Positions 51,735 through 64,000 of a stretch of 64,000 nucleotides of DNA are shown piece after piece; positions within the stretch are counted from its first letter, which is position 1; every line of letters starts with the position of its first letter. The notes beneath the pieces are model-generated. The model saw only the letters and a program-made list of their open reading frames with translations, was not told the origin of the DNA and ran no database searches. Origin of the DNA: Octopus bimaculoides (lineage: Eukaryota). The stretch spans positions 15,095,456 through 15,159,455 of the forward strand of contig NC_068981.1 of assembly GCF_001194135.2 (NCBI RefSeq), read 5' to 3'. Made by a program: the position numbers and the translations under genes.

Positions 51735-52791
51735 AATGTTATATACAGCAGATTGCAATTGATGATTTCTAGATATTGTTGCGCATTATAGTAGAACAAG
51801 ACAAAGGAATATTGTGCCTTTACTGTCGTATGAATTAGAATGGATATTTTAGGCAACAGATATGCCAATATTTAGTTTTGTATAAGATCTACGATTTCCT
51901 TCCTTGCAAATAATTCCTTCATTCATAAGGTAAAAAGTAAAATATCATTGTTATTATCGTTTATAGAAACATTGAATTTTGTAGTTTATGGAAATTATTC
52001 TGCTTTTTCCCAAGTTTCTATAGCATGTTATATTTTCATACATTTTACCAGTGTATCAATTACACTAATCTGGAATATACCTCTGTATTCGTGCGTAACG
52101 AGAGTTCTCATAATCGCACGGGTGTGTAAACAATCCTATCACTTTTGGATTTACGTCTATTACAGAAAAAAATAACGTTCATATATTTGCTCTGAGGTAT
52201 GACTTATGAGAAAATTTGTGTTACTTTTGCAATTATACACAACAAATATTATAGAATTTCAATTGCAAATGTAATGTAATATTTTATGTTTACACGATAC
52301 GTATAGTATTTAAGGATAACGTTTAAAGATATCCGAGTTTTAACACTTATATATGGAGAGATTTGAACGCATGATGTTGTAAAATATTTGGCTTGACTAT
52401 ACAGGATGGAATGTATTATTCCACTTTGAGTTATAATGTCCTATTTCCTTAAATTACTATCTCCTTCCTGGATTTATGCAGCGCTGTTTTAATATCTTAT
52501 GGTAATCTAGGCCGTATGTTTATATTTACGTTAGAAATTACAATTTCGTGAGATTTATCACAATTATGTTTTTGAGATTCGAATATTACATATAAATCCC
52601 ATTATGTTAATAATGAGCTGAAGCAAATTGCTTTTTCAAGATGCCATATGTACATATAAACAATTATATACCAAAACCGACCACAATGACAAAACTACAG
52701 TTACACAAATGGAAATTCATATATTCTCATAATTCATATTCAATCGAGCTTATCGAGACAACAGGGACTCCAAAATAAGAAATATACTAAC

Positions 52792-52835
52792 TATTCTGAA
52801 TTCGGCATGGTTATCTTTGCAAGGCAGCCTACATA
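52792..52835 (-). CDS. Candidate 44 nt coding exon (phase 1 to 0)
   Basis: Acceptor aatgctttctacAG, donor GTTAGT; encodes xCRLPCKDNHAEFRI and is phase-compatible with 50366-50608. Confidence 0.2.
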
Positions 52836-55800
52836 CTGTAGAAAGCATTCTGTGTCTCACAATAGCAGATCTTTATTTGTCATGGCATACGTTTCGCATT
52901 ATTATATCTATTTTGACAAAACAATGTAAACCAATCAAACGTGATATGATTGACTGTAGTAGAACCACCCGATATATTTCCATTATTGTCTTGTAATAAA
53001 CGGATTCCTTACTATACAGAGAAAACGAAACATAATACAATGTGTAAGCGAACTATTTATTCCAAATTAGTAAATGGCGTTACAGGCTACAGTAAAAGTC
53101 ACCATAATTTGATAAAACTACGATTTTCTAAGTTAATTCGGACCAAATATTCATGAAGTAGGAGAAATAAATATAATTATATTTCGAAATATCGGCTTGG
53201 AAACTATTCTGTGAACAATTTCAATCCATAAAATAGATTAAGATTTCATAGTGTATCATCAATAATGAATGTAAGTAGGCGTTTCATTTATTAAAATTCA
53301 GAATACTCGTTCAAAATGAAATCTATCGAAATAGAGAGCTGTTGCAAATAGAGTACGCCGAATACTGGAATACTGATACCAATTGATAAGTGGGCTGATA
53401 AAGTATTCATATTTCGGTATCGTTGAATTGTATGTTCCCTTCATATTCTACATTTGTCGATGAGAGTATTTATAATTTCAAGCCTCTAATTTCTTCCATA
53501 TCTAATATATTCGAAGAAAACTACAGTAGGTCATCCCCTTATGTTTGTAATTTGCTGAGCTATTGTAGTTTAATGTCTAACCACATTTATAGTACTTATG
53601 ATTACATGTATCCCAGGCGTGATTATCACATTTCTTTGAAACGTTTTGTACATGAACTAAAGTATACGATTGTATTTATATGATACAATGCTGTGTAATT
53701 TAAGGGTCATTTAGCTGTATTGTCAAGTAGGTAAAGTGGAAGCATCCTTCAGAATTTATGTAAAATAGAATAAGCAATTCGTTTCTCCCATATAATTATG
53801 ACTGTATATACATAGGTATGCATTAGCCATTGAAAAATACGGTTTACTGTGTTAATTTACATAGAGTTAGTTATACATATATCATAAATTGCAGTACGCG
53901 TCCGTTTATTCAAATTAGTTTTCATCTCTATTTACAAGTACAGCGTTTCAAGCAGTTATTAAGCGTATACATTAGCAAAGTAATCACAGGTTTGCATGCT
54001 TGAATATCTAAATAGAGATGCCATCTCTTAAACTAATATAATATATTTTAATATATATGTGTTTCATGTTGCTTTTTAAGTATTATGTTTGTTCTCATAA
54101 TGTCAATATCTAACGGATAAGCATTTAAATTATATTCGAAATACATGCTATGTCCTCATACTTTAATAGATTTGCATATTATCTGCATCTTTATGGCATC
54201 ATTCTAATTCCGTTGTTATTACTGTAAGTCTTTGTTTCCTACTTAGATATAAACTTATCAAAAAGTTCAGGTCTATTCCTATATTAATTATATATTTAAT
54301 TACTCTTGTTTCACTGTCAAATTTTCCATACATGCTATGAGTTCACTATTACTATGGCATACTAACACCACTCACTAAACTGTATACACTCTAAATCGCT
54401 TGAAGTGAAATTGCTATTTTTGTTTCTGATAACGTTTGCTTTTTCACAGTAACAATGTAGTATAAATTAAATTGTAATACACCTTTTATAACTAAAACAT
54501 GAAAATATGAAATTTATCATATCATTAATGCAGGGCTACCATTTCATGAGAGAAAGAAAATTACTAACATTTTAAGCTTATATATATATATATTATATAA
54601 ATAGTATATCTAAAGAGTATATATATNNNNNNNNNNNNNNNNNNNNNNNNNNNNNNNNNNNNNNNNNNNNNNNNNNNNNNNNNNNNNNNNNNNNNNNNNN
54701 NNNNNNNNNNNNNNNNNNNNNNNNNNNNNNNNNNNNNNNNNNNNNNNNNNNNNNNNNNNNNNNNNNNNNNNNNNNNNNNNNNNNNNNNNNNNNNNNNNNN
54801 NNNNNNNNNNNNNNNNNNNNNNNNNNNNNNNNNNNNNNTATATATATATATATATATATATGCATCTATACATGCGGATATGTACATACTTACATCTATA
54901 CGTATATATATATATATGCATATGTGGGCACAGGATGTCACGATACGTGTACAACAGACAATACGAAGTACAAGTACATGGAATATGAACTGGTTTTTCG
55001 AACAACGAAGGCCACAAAATGAAAACGAGACAACTAACACAAAGAACGACCCTTCATCAGTTGTTGGCTGTTTTTCTACTCTCGTATTTCGAGCATTTCA
55101 CAACAAGATACGCTTTCGATAAAACAGTTGCTCCCGCAAAGCAAAGTAAATAAAATTTGGGATTTTGCGGTGGATCAAAATTGGTAACACAGACAGGACT
55201 ATGAAAACACACAGGAAGGGCTACTAACACCTAAACAAGGTTCTGGTGGCGAACACGTAAATCAAGTTTGGACAGGAGACAGACTAGAACATGTCTTCCT
55301 TGATCCATCTACAACGAAACGAAAAAAAGAAACGCAAGTTAGGAGAAGAAAGATGGCCGATGGTCATGTGGGGGCCATATGAGCAAGGGAGGAAGACTGA
55401 AGGAGATAAAGTGACAGACAGAGAACTGTGAAGGGAAGAAGAAAATATTGGAAATAGGATAAGTGAGAAAAAAAACAGTTGGGATGAAGGTGAGTAGAAC
55501 AATAATAGAGAAAAACGAAAGTGTGATAGGATAGAATAATGAGAGAGGAGGAGGTTAAAGAATAAGAGAGAGAAAGAGAGAAGACACGAAAGAGTAAAAA
55601 GGTCGTATAGAGTGTGCATCCCCAAACTAGTAAAAATCAAAGTGAACTAAGAAGATACCTCCCATACATGAACCCCTACAAAAAAGAACGTTATGAATAA
55701 ATATGATATTCGTTACGTTAGTAGATAACGAAAGAAAATGTAAATATTTAAATGCCTTCCAAATTTTGCCAAATATTTCATTGTAAAATTACAATTAAAA

Positions 55801-55995
55801 TTTAATAAGATTAATTTACAAATAACTATATAATTCAATTAAACCTTGGGAGAGGCATTATGCCGGTAATAAACACACGCACTGGTTCAGTCCTTTATTA
55901 ATTTATATAGTTTTTTGTTAAAGTATTTCATTGCACTCTTGCAATCTCTTCAGTAACTTGTCTCTCTACTTCCATTTACTTTGAATGTATGATCT

Positions 55996-56038
55996 GGCGT
56001 TGTTTTGGCGTTGTTTTGGCGTTGTTTTGGCGTTGTTT
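55996..56038. repeat. 11 bp tandem repeat (ggcgttgtttt), about 4 copies
   Basis: Directly visible. Confidence 0.9.
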
Positions 56039-56274
56039 CGAAACTGTTCGGTATGAGCATGTGAGTGTGTGCAAGCTCGTATGTGTGCACGCTCATATGT
56101 GTGCACGCACATATGTGTTCGTGCTTATATGTAAGTATGTGCGTCCATATGTGAGTTTGTAACAATTTCGTTTATATCAGATCAGATAGAGACTTTTTAA
56201 TTAATTTATTTACGTTCATATTCCGCATCATATGTGTGAACAACATATGCAACCATGGGCAATTGTAAGGCCCT

Positions 56275-56520
56275 CATCTACGTGTATTTGGTGTTCAAAA
56301 TTGGTTGCGTTTCAGTTATGAGGACCGACTCCTGTATGTGTCGCAACGATGCGTCCCCGGGTGTCTAGACATGATTTCTATGCTAATTCTGTCCAGTACA
56401 CCACCATGTTGTTCTTTGGCATGTTGGTAGAGCACCGAGGTTTGTTTTTGATTATTATAGTCCCTCCAATGTATATGATACATTTCTTCAAAGCAAATAT
56501 CACATGTAGGATTGTCAATA
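56275..56520 (-). mobile_element. Penelope-like GIY-YIG endonuclease C-terminal fragment
   Basis: Minus strand PTCDICFE...QTSVLYQHAKEQHGG..ISIEIMSRHPG / DASLRHIQESVLITETQPILNTK matches the PLE pattern S.LYxH..xH...R.xxEAxxI...P.LN. Confidence 0.7.
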
Positions 56521-57334
56521 TTGTACGATGATGTGTAACTAATAATGAACTAGTTTAAATCATACTTAACTTTCTTCTCCTTAAATCTGAAATGCAGCAA
56601 CTAATATTTGTAGAATTGCCGTTTCTTCTATACTTAAATGAATGCGAGGTTTATGAAATCTAGATGAACCTATGTAATAATACTTATGCTCCCTTACACT
56701 ATATTTTCCCTTAATATATACAATATATTTTCGTTAAACGCTGATTTTTCTAAAGGATATACAATTTTATTTTTACAGTTATACAAACATTTATTCACTT
56801 GTATTTGGTAATCATCCACCATATGTCACTGACTATGCATCATCAGATTACAATTTATTTGTAGGTTTGTAAAATTATTTGAATGGTAATACTTTCATGA
56901 TGATGACCTGAAATCGTACATGGGGATGGACAGATAGTACTATATATTCCTAATAGGATGCAATATAATGGAACACTTCTCTAGTTTAAATTGAATTCGG
57001 AAGATAAACTTTTTGACAATGGAATGTATATAAATAGTTGTAATTATATTGAGATCATATATTTATATTTCCAGTGACATAATTTATATAATCACATATC
57101 TTTTGAAACCAAGTATTACTGACCGACTCTGTGAACAGAGGGTAAAATTATTCATTTGTATACATATGGCCAGTAGTTATGCACTTATGATGTGCTATAA
57201 TAGAAACGTTAGGATTTTTTTCATTCTACAGAGACATAAAACATTGAAATCTCATGGGATATAACTGAAAATATTATGAAGGATTAAGAACACTACCTAT
57301 CAATCTAACAAACGAAAACGTGAATGGTTATCTA

Positions 57335-57383
<49 letters not shown>

Positions 57384-58554
57384 NNNNNNNNNNNNNNNNN
57401 NNNNNNNNNNNNNNNNNNNNNNNNNNNNNNNNNNNNNNNNNNNNNNNNNNNNNNNNNNNNNNNNNNNNNNNNNNNNNNNNNNNNNNNNNNNNNNNNNNNN
57501 NNNNNNNNNNNNNNNNNNNNNNNNNNNNNNNNNNNNNNNNNNNNNNNNNNNNNNNNNNNNNNNNNNNNNNNNNNNNNNNNNNNNNNNNNNNNNNNNNNNN
57601 NNNNNNNNNNNNNNNNNNNNNNNNNNNNNCGGACCTCGGTATTGTTTTACATCTTTCATTCTTTGTATATAATTTCGATTAGGATTATATAGAATAACTG
57701 AGACGTGGTAATCGATATCACATGAGAATTGCAATATTTTTAAGCCATCTACAAGTTTTGAAAATAGTACATTGGTGAGAGGGCGAAAAAGTCTCCTGAC
57801 ATTACCGGAAATACTCAACTTTCTCCCACCCACACACACATATTTTGATGTATATTGTCCTGTGAGAATGCCTTATTATCGTAGCTGTCAAAATTGAACT
57901 ATTTCAGTTTTTCTTAAAAATCTTTTGCCATTTTCATACTTAGAATATGAGGATTATGCGGAAAATTGTAAGATGGAAATAGAAATACATTTTTTTCATA
58001 TTAATGTTATATATAATTGCAACATGTCGCTCGTGAACAAACCTATGATGAATTAATGATTCAGACACCTCATCTGCTTAACCGAAATGAGTTACGATGA
58101 AATTGCTGTACTGGATTTGATGACATAACCGAAAATCAAGCCTATTAAACACACCCGAAATTCAGCCGTGCATATATATGAGAAGACATTTTTTCTTGCT
58201 TTAAAGCGTAAGTCTTACTTGTCATATAGGACCCCGTGTAATTTTGTTTCATTTTATTGGAAATAACGGTGTATTATATGTCATCAAACACGATGAATAG
58301 GTAAAAGGAGTTTAATAAACTAACTAGAAATGTTTATACAATGAGGAACAAACGAAAACGTGAATGGTTAGCATTATTTCCATTATTTCAGCAATTCTTG
58401 GAAAAGACAAAAACATATCCGTATCCATATGCCTCATTTGTTACGACAAAAATAGAAGGAAAAGAAAGTGGGGTATAATATATGTCTTTCCCCTCATATC
58501 GTTTTTATTCGCTACACAATAGCTTTCAATTTGGTAATACTGACTTATTTATAT

Positions 58555-58896
58555 TTTACTCTTCAAATGTTTCTATCATTTGACTGCAGTCATGTTGGGT
58601 GAGTGTTTTGAGGAAATTTTGTCGAATGTAACTGTCACAGTACTTATATGTTTAAGCTTGGTAATTACTCTATCAATAACTTTAACACACCAACAGATTA
58701 ACAACCGGTGGTAAGGAGCAAACACATACAGAAAGACAAGCACAAATACACATGTATATACAACGAATTACTTTTAGTCTCCCACTACCAAATCCACTCA
58801 CTAAGCTTTTATCTGCTCGAGGCTATAATAGAAATACATATTCAAGGTGTCACACAAGTAGGACGGAGCCAGGAACTTTGTGGTTGTGAAGCAAGC
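58555..58896 (-). mobile_element. SINE family 1, old degenerate copy with an internal deletion
   Basis: catttgactgcagtcatgttgg...accaaatccactcactaagc...gaggctataatagaa...caaggtgtcacac...tggttgtgaagcaagc. Confidence 0.75.
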
Positions 58897-60169
58897 ATAA
58901 TATTTATTGTTTTCTCTTCTTTTAGTTTAGATAGAGCTGAATATATATCTAGTTTTTCCCTCTATGACTTCATTGTTATTTTCACAGAGATACTAAAACA
59001 ATGAGTGGTTGACAGGGACGTCTTACATAGCTGAATGATTGATGACGTCGGCTACTTTTAAATAACACTTCAAATGATATTCTAGTAATTTTTCATTTCC
59101 CTTTTTATCCATAAATTGCTGAAAATAGTCAAGCTGGCCACTGGTAATATTATAGTGAAGTTGATTAGTAACGTATACATGACTGAGTTAATGGTTTTCT
59201 GTGGTTATATAACATTGACTGTAGTTCGTCAGAGGATTCTCGAGAGCATAATACTGACCGATCGTAAGATCTAAATTAACTTCAAAAAGTAATGAATTTT
59301 AAACACCGCAAGGATATCGATGAGCCGGTAATTATCGAACAAATGTTTTCACTATTGAAATTTAGTGAAGACAAGAGTTTCCTACATACTAGGATTTTTC
59401 TATAAAGACTGGGGATGTTGGCCTTTTCAAATAATGCATATACATGTCTGGAGAAGTTTTGAATTTTTTTCTAATGTAAACCTGTTCAAAGATGATTGCA
59501 GTCTATATTTGAACACATGGTAATTGCGGCTAGCTATTGCTGTTTCAGACATAATCTTTCATAGATGGTTGACGGTGCAGGATATCATTAAGATGGGAGG
59601 GCAAGCAAATTTACAAAGTGTAGTGGCTATAATGAAGAAGGCTATGTTATGGGTGAGACCGAAATGATTAAGGACAGACAATTTTCTAATCACTCAAGCC
59701 TTCATTGGCATTTGAAAATGAATTAGAGTGAGATAGAAATGGAATTACCAGACGACGAAAAGTGTGTGCCTGTAGGTAGCTGAACAACAGTGCTTCAGGT
59801 ATGTACTTTTGGTTGTTATAGCGATCTTTAAATTTCCTTTATTGGGTTTAGTTTGAAGAAGATTACGCCATCCGTGTATTCACAAACTGTAAATCTTATC
59901 GTAGCACTAGTCGTCAACATTGTTGTCCACGATGTTATTATGACTAAATTTACTTTTCTTAATGGTACGATTAATGTAATTATTTTCAGCATCAATGATA
60001 TAGTTATTAATATTTTTTTTTTTTTTCATTTCTGATACCATTAATTCAGTTTATTTGTTAGATTCCTTTTTATGCTTTAATCTCGTATTACTGTTGCATG
60101 TATTTTTTCTTCTCGGTATCTCTTATCATATGATGCAGAAAGTTTATACACCATTCATGTACTTTCGAG

Positions 60170-60264
60170 GAAAAATGCTTTGCAGTATATTTTCTGACTA
60201 TCTACATACTGAGTTCAAATGCCACCTGCCTAGAGAAGGAAACGTGAAAGAACTAGTTTTCATA
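60170..60264 (+). mobile_element. SINE family 2 head, degenerate, next to a gap
   Basis: aaaatgctttgcagtatattttctgactatctacatactgagttcaaatgccacc. Confidence 0.55.
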
Positions 60265-60892
60265 NNNNNNNNNNNNNNNNNNNNNNNNNNNNNNNNNNNN
60301 NNNNNNNNNNNNNNNNNNNNNNNNNNNNNNNNNNNNNNNNNNNNNNNNNNNNNNNNNNNNNNNNNNNNNNNNNNNNNNNNNNNNNNNNNNNNNNNNNNNN
60401 NNNNNNNNNNNNNNNNNNNNNNNNNNNNNNNNNNNNNNNNNNNNNNNNNNNNNNNNNNNNNNNNNNNNNNNNNNNNNNNNNNNNNNNNNNNNNNNNNNNN
60501 NNNNNNNNNNNNNNNNNNNNNNNNNNNNNNNNNNNNNNNNNNNNNNNNNNNNNNNNNNNNNNNNNNNNNNNNNNNNNNNNNNNNNNNNNNNNNNNNNNNN
60601 NNNNNNNNNNNNNNNNNNNNNNNNNNNNNNNNNNNNNNNNNNNNNNNNNNNNNNNNNNNNNNNNNNNNNNNNNNNNNNNNNNNNNNNNNNNNNNNNNNNN
60701 NNNNNNNNNNNNNNNNNNNNNNNNNNNNNNNNNNNNNNNNNNNNNNNNNNNNNNNNNNNNNNNNNNNNNNNNNNNNNNNNNNNNNNNNNNNAAACAAGTA
60801 ATATTTATATATATATATCATCAGTAAATTCGAAAGTTCGAAATTCGAAAAAGGACCACGCTCTAAGGTATAGAGCAGTAGAGTATTTAAAT

Positions 60893-61062
60893 ATAGATAT
60901 GACCTGTTTATGGTGTTATCCGGAGTTCCACGCCCATAAAACGCTTAGCTTTTGCTATAGAGGCCAGAGGCCAACGAGTTTAGGGTATGAAGAAAGGCTA
61001 TAATTATAAGCGCTTTATAGGCGTGAAATACCCATGTAATACCATAAACAAGCCATATCTAT
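60893..61062. mobile_element. MITE/foldback element (~170 bp)
   Basis: atagatatgacctgtttatggtgtta ... taataccataaacaagccatatctat terminal arms, plus the inner pair cgcccataaaacgctt / aagcgctttataggcg. Confidence 0.75.
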
Positions 61063-61069
61063 CTTAACC

Positions 61070-61071
61070 TA

Positions 61072-61103
<32 letters not shown>

Positions 61104-61105
61104 TC

Positions 61106-61174
<69 letters not shown>

Positions 61175-61215
61175 ATATGTATATATATATATCTATATAT
61201 ATATATATATAAATA
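61070..61215. repeat. (CT)n-(TA)n microsatellite
   Basis: Directly visible. Confidence 0.95.
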
Positions 61216-61599
61216 AATTAGAGAGTGGAAGACTGGCAGAGTGGAAAAAATGAAGTGATAGAGTATATATTTTGATATGTAATCTTCAGTTTTAATGCTG
61301 TCTGTGTATATGTTTTTCTGTGTGCTTGCGTCTTTGTGTGGGTGTGTATATATGTGTGTGTGTGTGTTCGTGTGTGTGTGTGTGTGTGTTTGTGTGTGTT
61401 TGTGTTTTGGGATTCGTCTAATTTGATTTTCGATCACATACGCATATATTTTCTACATGATGCAGAATACAAATATTTAATTGCTCTATGCGTAAAACAC
61501 ATTACGTGACTAAGAGATATTGCTGCTGCCCTGTGATCCATATTTTTACAACGTATTAATGGACATTTGATAAGGAGCTATCCAGATTTAGGCTGATTT

Positions 61600-61739
61600 T
61601 CATATGTCTGCACGGAAATTGCATTTCGCAAGATTTGTGCAACATAGCAATTTCATGTTGTTTAGCCTGATGTTTTGATTTAGCGTTAAACAGGTGCAGT
61701 GATTAGACATGTTAAATGTATACTTAATGAAAGCAGTTT
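61600..61739 (-). CDS. Candidate terminal coding exon, Cys-rich (CxC...CC-x5-CN)
   Basis: Strong acceptor acatttcctttctttacAG. The only open frame is xTAFIKYTFNMSNHCTCLTLNQNIRLNNMKLLCCTNLAKCNFRADI*. Confidence 0.3.
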
Positions 61740-62081
61740 CTGTAAAGAAAGGAAATGTGGTAATTGACGACATGCGACTGGGTTTGATCTGCACGAAAGT
61801 ATTAGTATGAGGATGATGATGATGATGCTGTGTGAGTTTCCCCTCACTTATTGAATTTGCAATCTGCTGCATTGCTAATATGAATACTAAGGAACTATGT
61901 TGACAAATGCGAAATATCCGAAACATAGGAAGCTACTTGTGTCCATCTAATGCTGTACATTGCTGACGTACAAGATTTATAGTTATACGCATATGTGTGT
62001 GTGTTGTGTGTGCGTATATATATATGGGCGTGCGGGTGAGGGGTGAGGATGTGTGTGTGTATGTGTGTGTGTATGTGTGTG

Positions 62082-62130
<49 letters not shown>

Positions 62131-62303
62131 ATGAGGGTGTGCATATAATTAAATCATAAATATATGAGCTTGTGGATTAACAGCTTTATTAATAGTTTAG
62201 CATGGAAACCAAACAAACGATTATACATGCTGATTTCATGAAACTATAAAGAACCTTTTGACTAAATATATGCATATATATATAGATATATAGATATATA
62301 GAT

Positions 62304-62376
<73 letters not shown>

Positions 62377-62414
62377 TAGATATAGATATAGATATATACA
62401 TATATGTATACATA

Positions 62415-62904
62415 GGCGTAGGAGTGGCTGTGTGGTAATTAGCTTGCTTGCGAACCACATGGTTGCAGGTTCAGTCCCACTGCGCGGCATCATGGGCAAG
62501 TGTCTTCTACTATAGCCTCGGGCCGACCAAAGCCTTGTGAGTGGATTNNNNNNNNNNTCAGTCCCACTGCGCGGCATCATGGGCAAGTGTCTTCTACTAT
62601 AGCCTCGGGCCGACCAAAGCCTTGTGAGTGGATTTGGTAGACGGAAACTGGAAGAAGCCCGTCGTATATATGAATATACATATATGTATGTGTGTGTGTA
62701 TTTGTGTGTTTGTCCCCCCAACATCGCTTGACAACCGATGCTGGTGTGTTTATGTCCCCGTAACTTAGCGGTTCGGCAGAAGAGATCGATAGAATAAGTG
62801 CTAGGCTTCTAAAGAATAAGTCCTGGGGTCAATTTGCTCGACTAAAAGGCGGTGCTCCAGCATGGCCACAGTCAAATGACTGAAACAAGTAAAAGAGTAA
62901 AAGA

Positions 62905-62906
<2 letters not shown>
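62415..62906 (+). mobile_element. tRNA-derived SINE family 1, best-preserved copy
   Basis: ggcgtaggagtggctgtgtgg (A-box-like), ggttcagtccc (B-box-like), CORE-like gggcaagtg segment, internal TA/TG tract, tail gtcaaatgactgaaacaagtaaaagagtaaaagag. Contains a 10-N gap with a duplicated flank. Confidence 0.92.
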
Positions 62907-62954
<48 letters not shown>

Positions 62955-63000
62955 TTATATATATGTGTGTGCGTGCGTGTGTGCGTATATGTTTGTTTAT

Positions 63001-63187
63001 CGCTGCAACATCGCTTGACAACCGATTCTGGTGAGTTGACGTCCCCGTAAACTAGCAGTTCGGCAAAAGATAGAATAAGTACTAGGCTTACAAAAAATAA
63101 GTCCTGGGCTCGATTTGTTCGACAAAAAGATGGTGCTCCAGCATGGCCACAGTCAAATGACTGTAACAAGCAAAGGAGTAAAAGAGT
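63001..63187 (+). mobile_element. Second 3' half of SINE family 1, in tandem
   Basis: caacatcgcttgacaaccgattctgg...gctccagcatggccacagtcaaatgactgtaacaagcaaaggagtaaaagag, diverged from 62715-62906. Confidence 0.85.
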
Positions 63188-64000
63188 ATATAATACATAT
63201 ATATACAGAGGGAGAGAGAGAAAGAGAGAGACACGCATGCACACACGCAAACACAGGCACTAATAAATGCATGAATGTGCTTATACATATAAAAATATAG
63301 AGCGAACAGGAATATATCAGAGCAGTCAATGGCACATCTTTAAACAACACAGACACATGGTGATATATTAAATAACAAACAATATAAATTATTGATTTAT
63401 TGTAATTATCTCATCTTCCAGAAAAATGTTGGAAAATCGTTTGGGGAAATTCTAAACCAACACTGAATAGGGATACATAATATATTTTTGAAGAATTCTT
63501 CGTAATTGAGATGCCATTACGTAAAAGCCACTTTGAAGGAGAGTTGGAAGGAAAGAATGAAGGTGGTAAAATAGAGAAATTTTAAGAGAAGACTTTTAGT
63601 GGTATTTCTCTTTGAATCTAATGCAGACAAGTTTTGTTTAAATATGTTGTTAAATAATATAGTTAATTGATTCTAGTATGTAAATGTCTTGTAATTGCAA
63701 ATTTTGGTATCAGTAATCATGTTTAAAAGTTGTCAATCAGTAATGAGGAAATAAATACATTACACGGCTATTAGCTGGTATGATAAGCAAGAGAAACGTA
63801 AAGATGTGGCATTTAATTTAGTAAAGCTGTTTGTCGTCGTTTCTCTTCATAGCTAGGTTATAATATTGTAACATGATTTCATATATCATTTTTCTAGTTT
63901 TGAAAGAAGCGCTCTTACAAAGGATTGAATCGTTTCTTTTCACGAATCCAAAACACAATAATCACAAATTCTTAGTAAATATCTACACTTATCAACAAAA

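Noticed and set aside
54985-55070. CTGATGAAGGG on the minus strand, possible hammerhead
   Set aside because: No properly positioned GAAA-C...GUH or stems I/III. The region looks repeat-derived but the family could not be established.
62471-62634. 77 bp perfect tandem duplication inside the SINE
   Set aside because: The two identical copies flank a 10-N gap (62548-62557), typical of an unmerged contig overlap; probably an assembly artefact.
1586-63356. Dozens of ORFs made of YI/HT/CV/LS/RE repeats or X runs
   Set aside because: They are translations of dinucleotide microsatellites and N-gaps, not proteins.
1-64000. CRISPR arrays, rRNA, prokaryotic operons or defence systems
   Set aside because: No regularly spaced repeat-spacer arrays, rRNA-like segments or long intact ORFs; the window is eukaryotic non-coding and TE-derived DNA.

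Overview
AT-rich, microsatellite-dense eukaryotic DNA with about 14 N-gaps, most of them next to (TA)n/(CA)n/(GA)n tracts. The repeat landscape suggests an octopus/cephalopod draft assembly (inference, not verified). I cannot recognise any complete host gene, and most of the listed ORFs are microsatellite or gap artefacts. The interpretable sequence is mostly decayed transposable elements: two maT/DD37D-type Tc1-mariner remnants, a mariner remnant, a hAT-like transposase pseudogene, three RTE-type LINE fragments, a Hero-like restriction-like-endonuclease LINE fragment, four Penelope-like (PLE) fragments, three tRNA-derived SINE families and several MITE/foldback elements. The most notable signals are (i) several PLE-type minimal hammerhead ribozyme motifs, one with an intact core inside a ~260 bp palindrome, (ii) an RTE LINE ending in three tandem C2H2 zinc fingers, and (iii) minus-strand candidate exons with canonical splice sites, two encoding Cys-rich, Ly6/three-finger-like C-termini. 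All host-gene calls are tentative.
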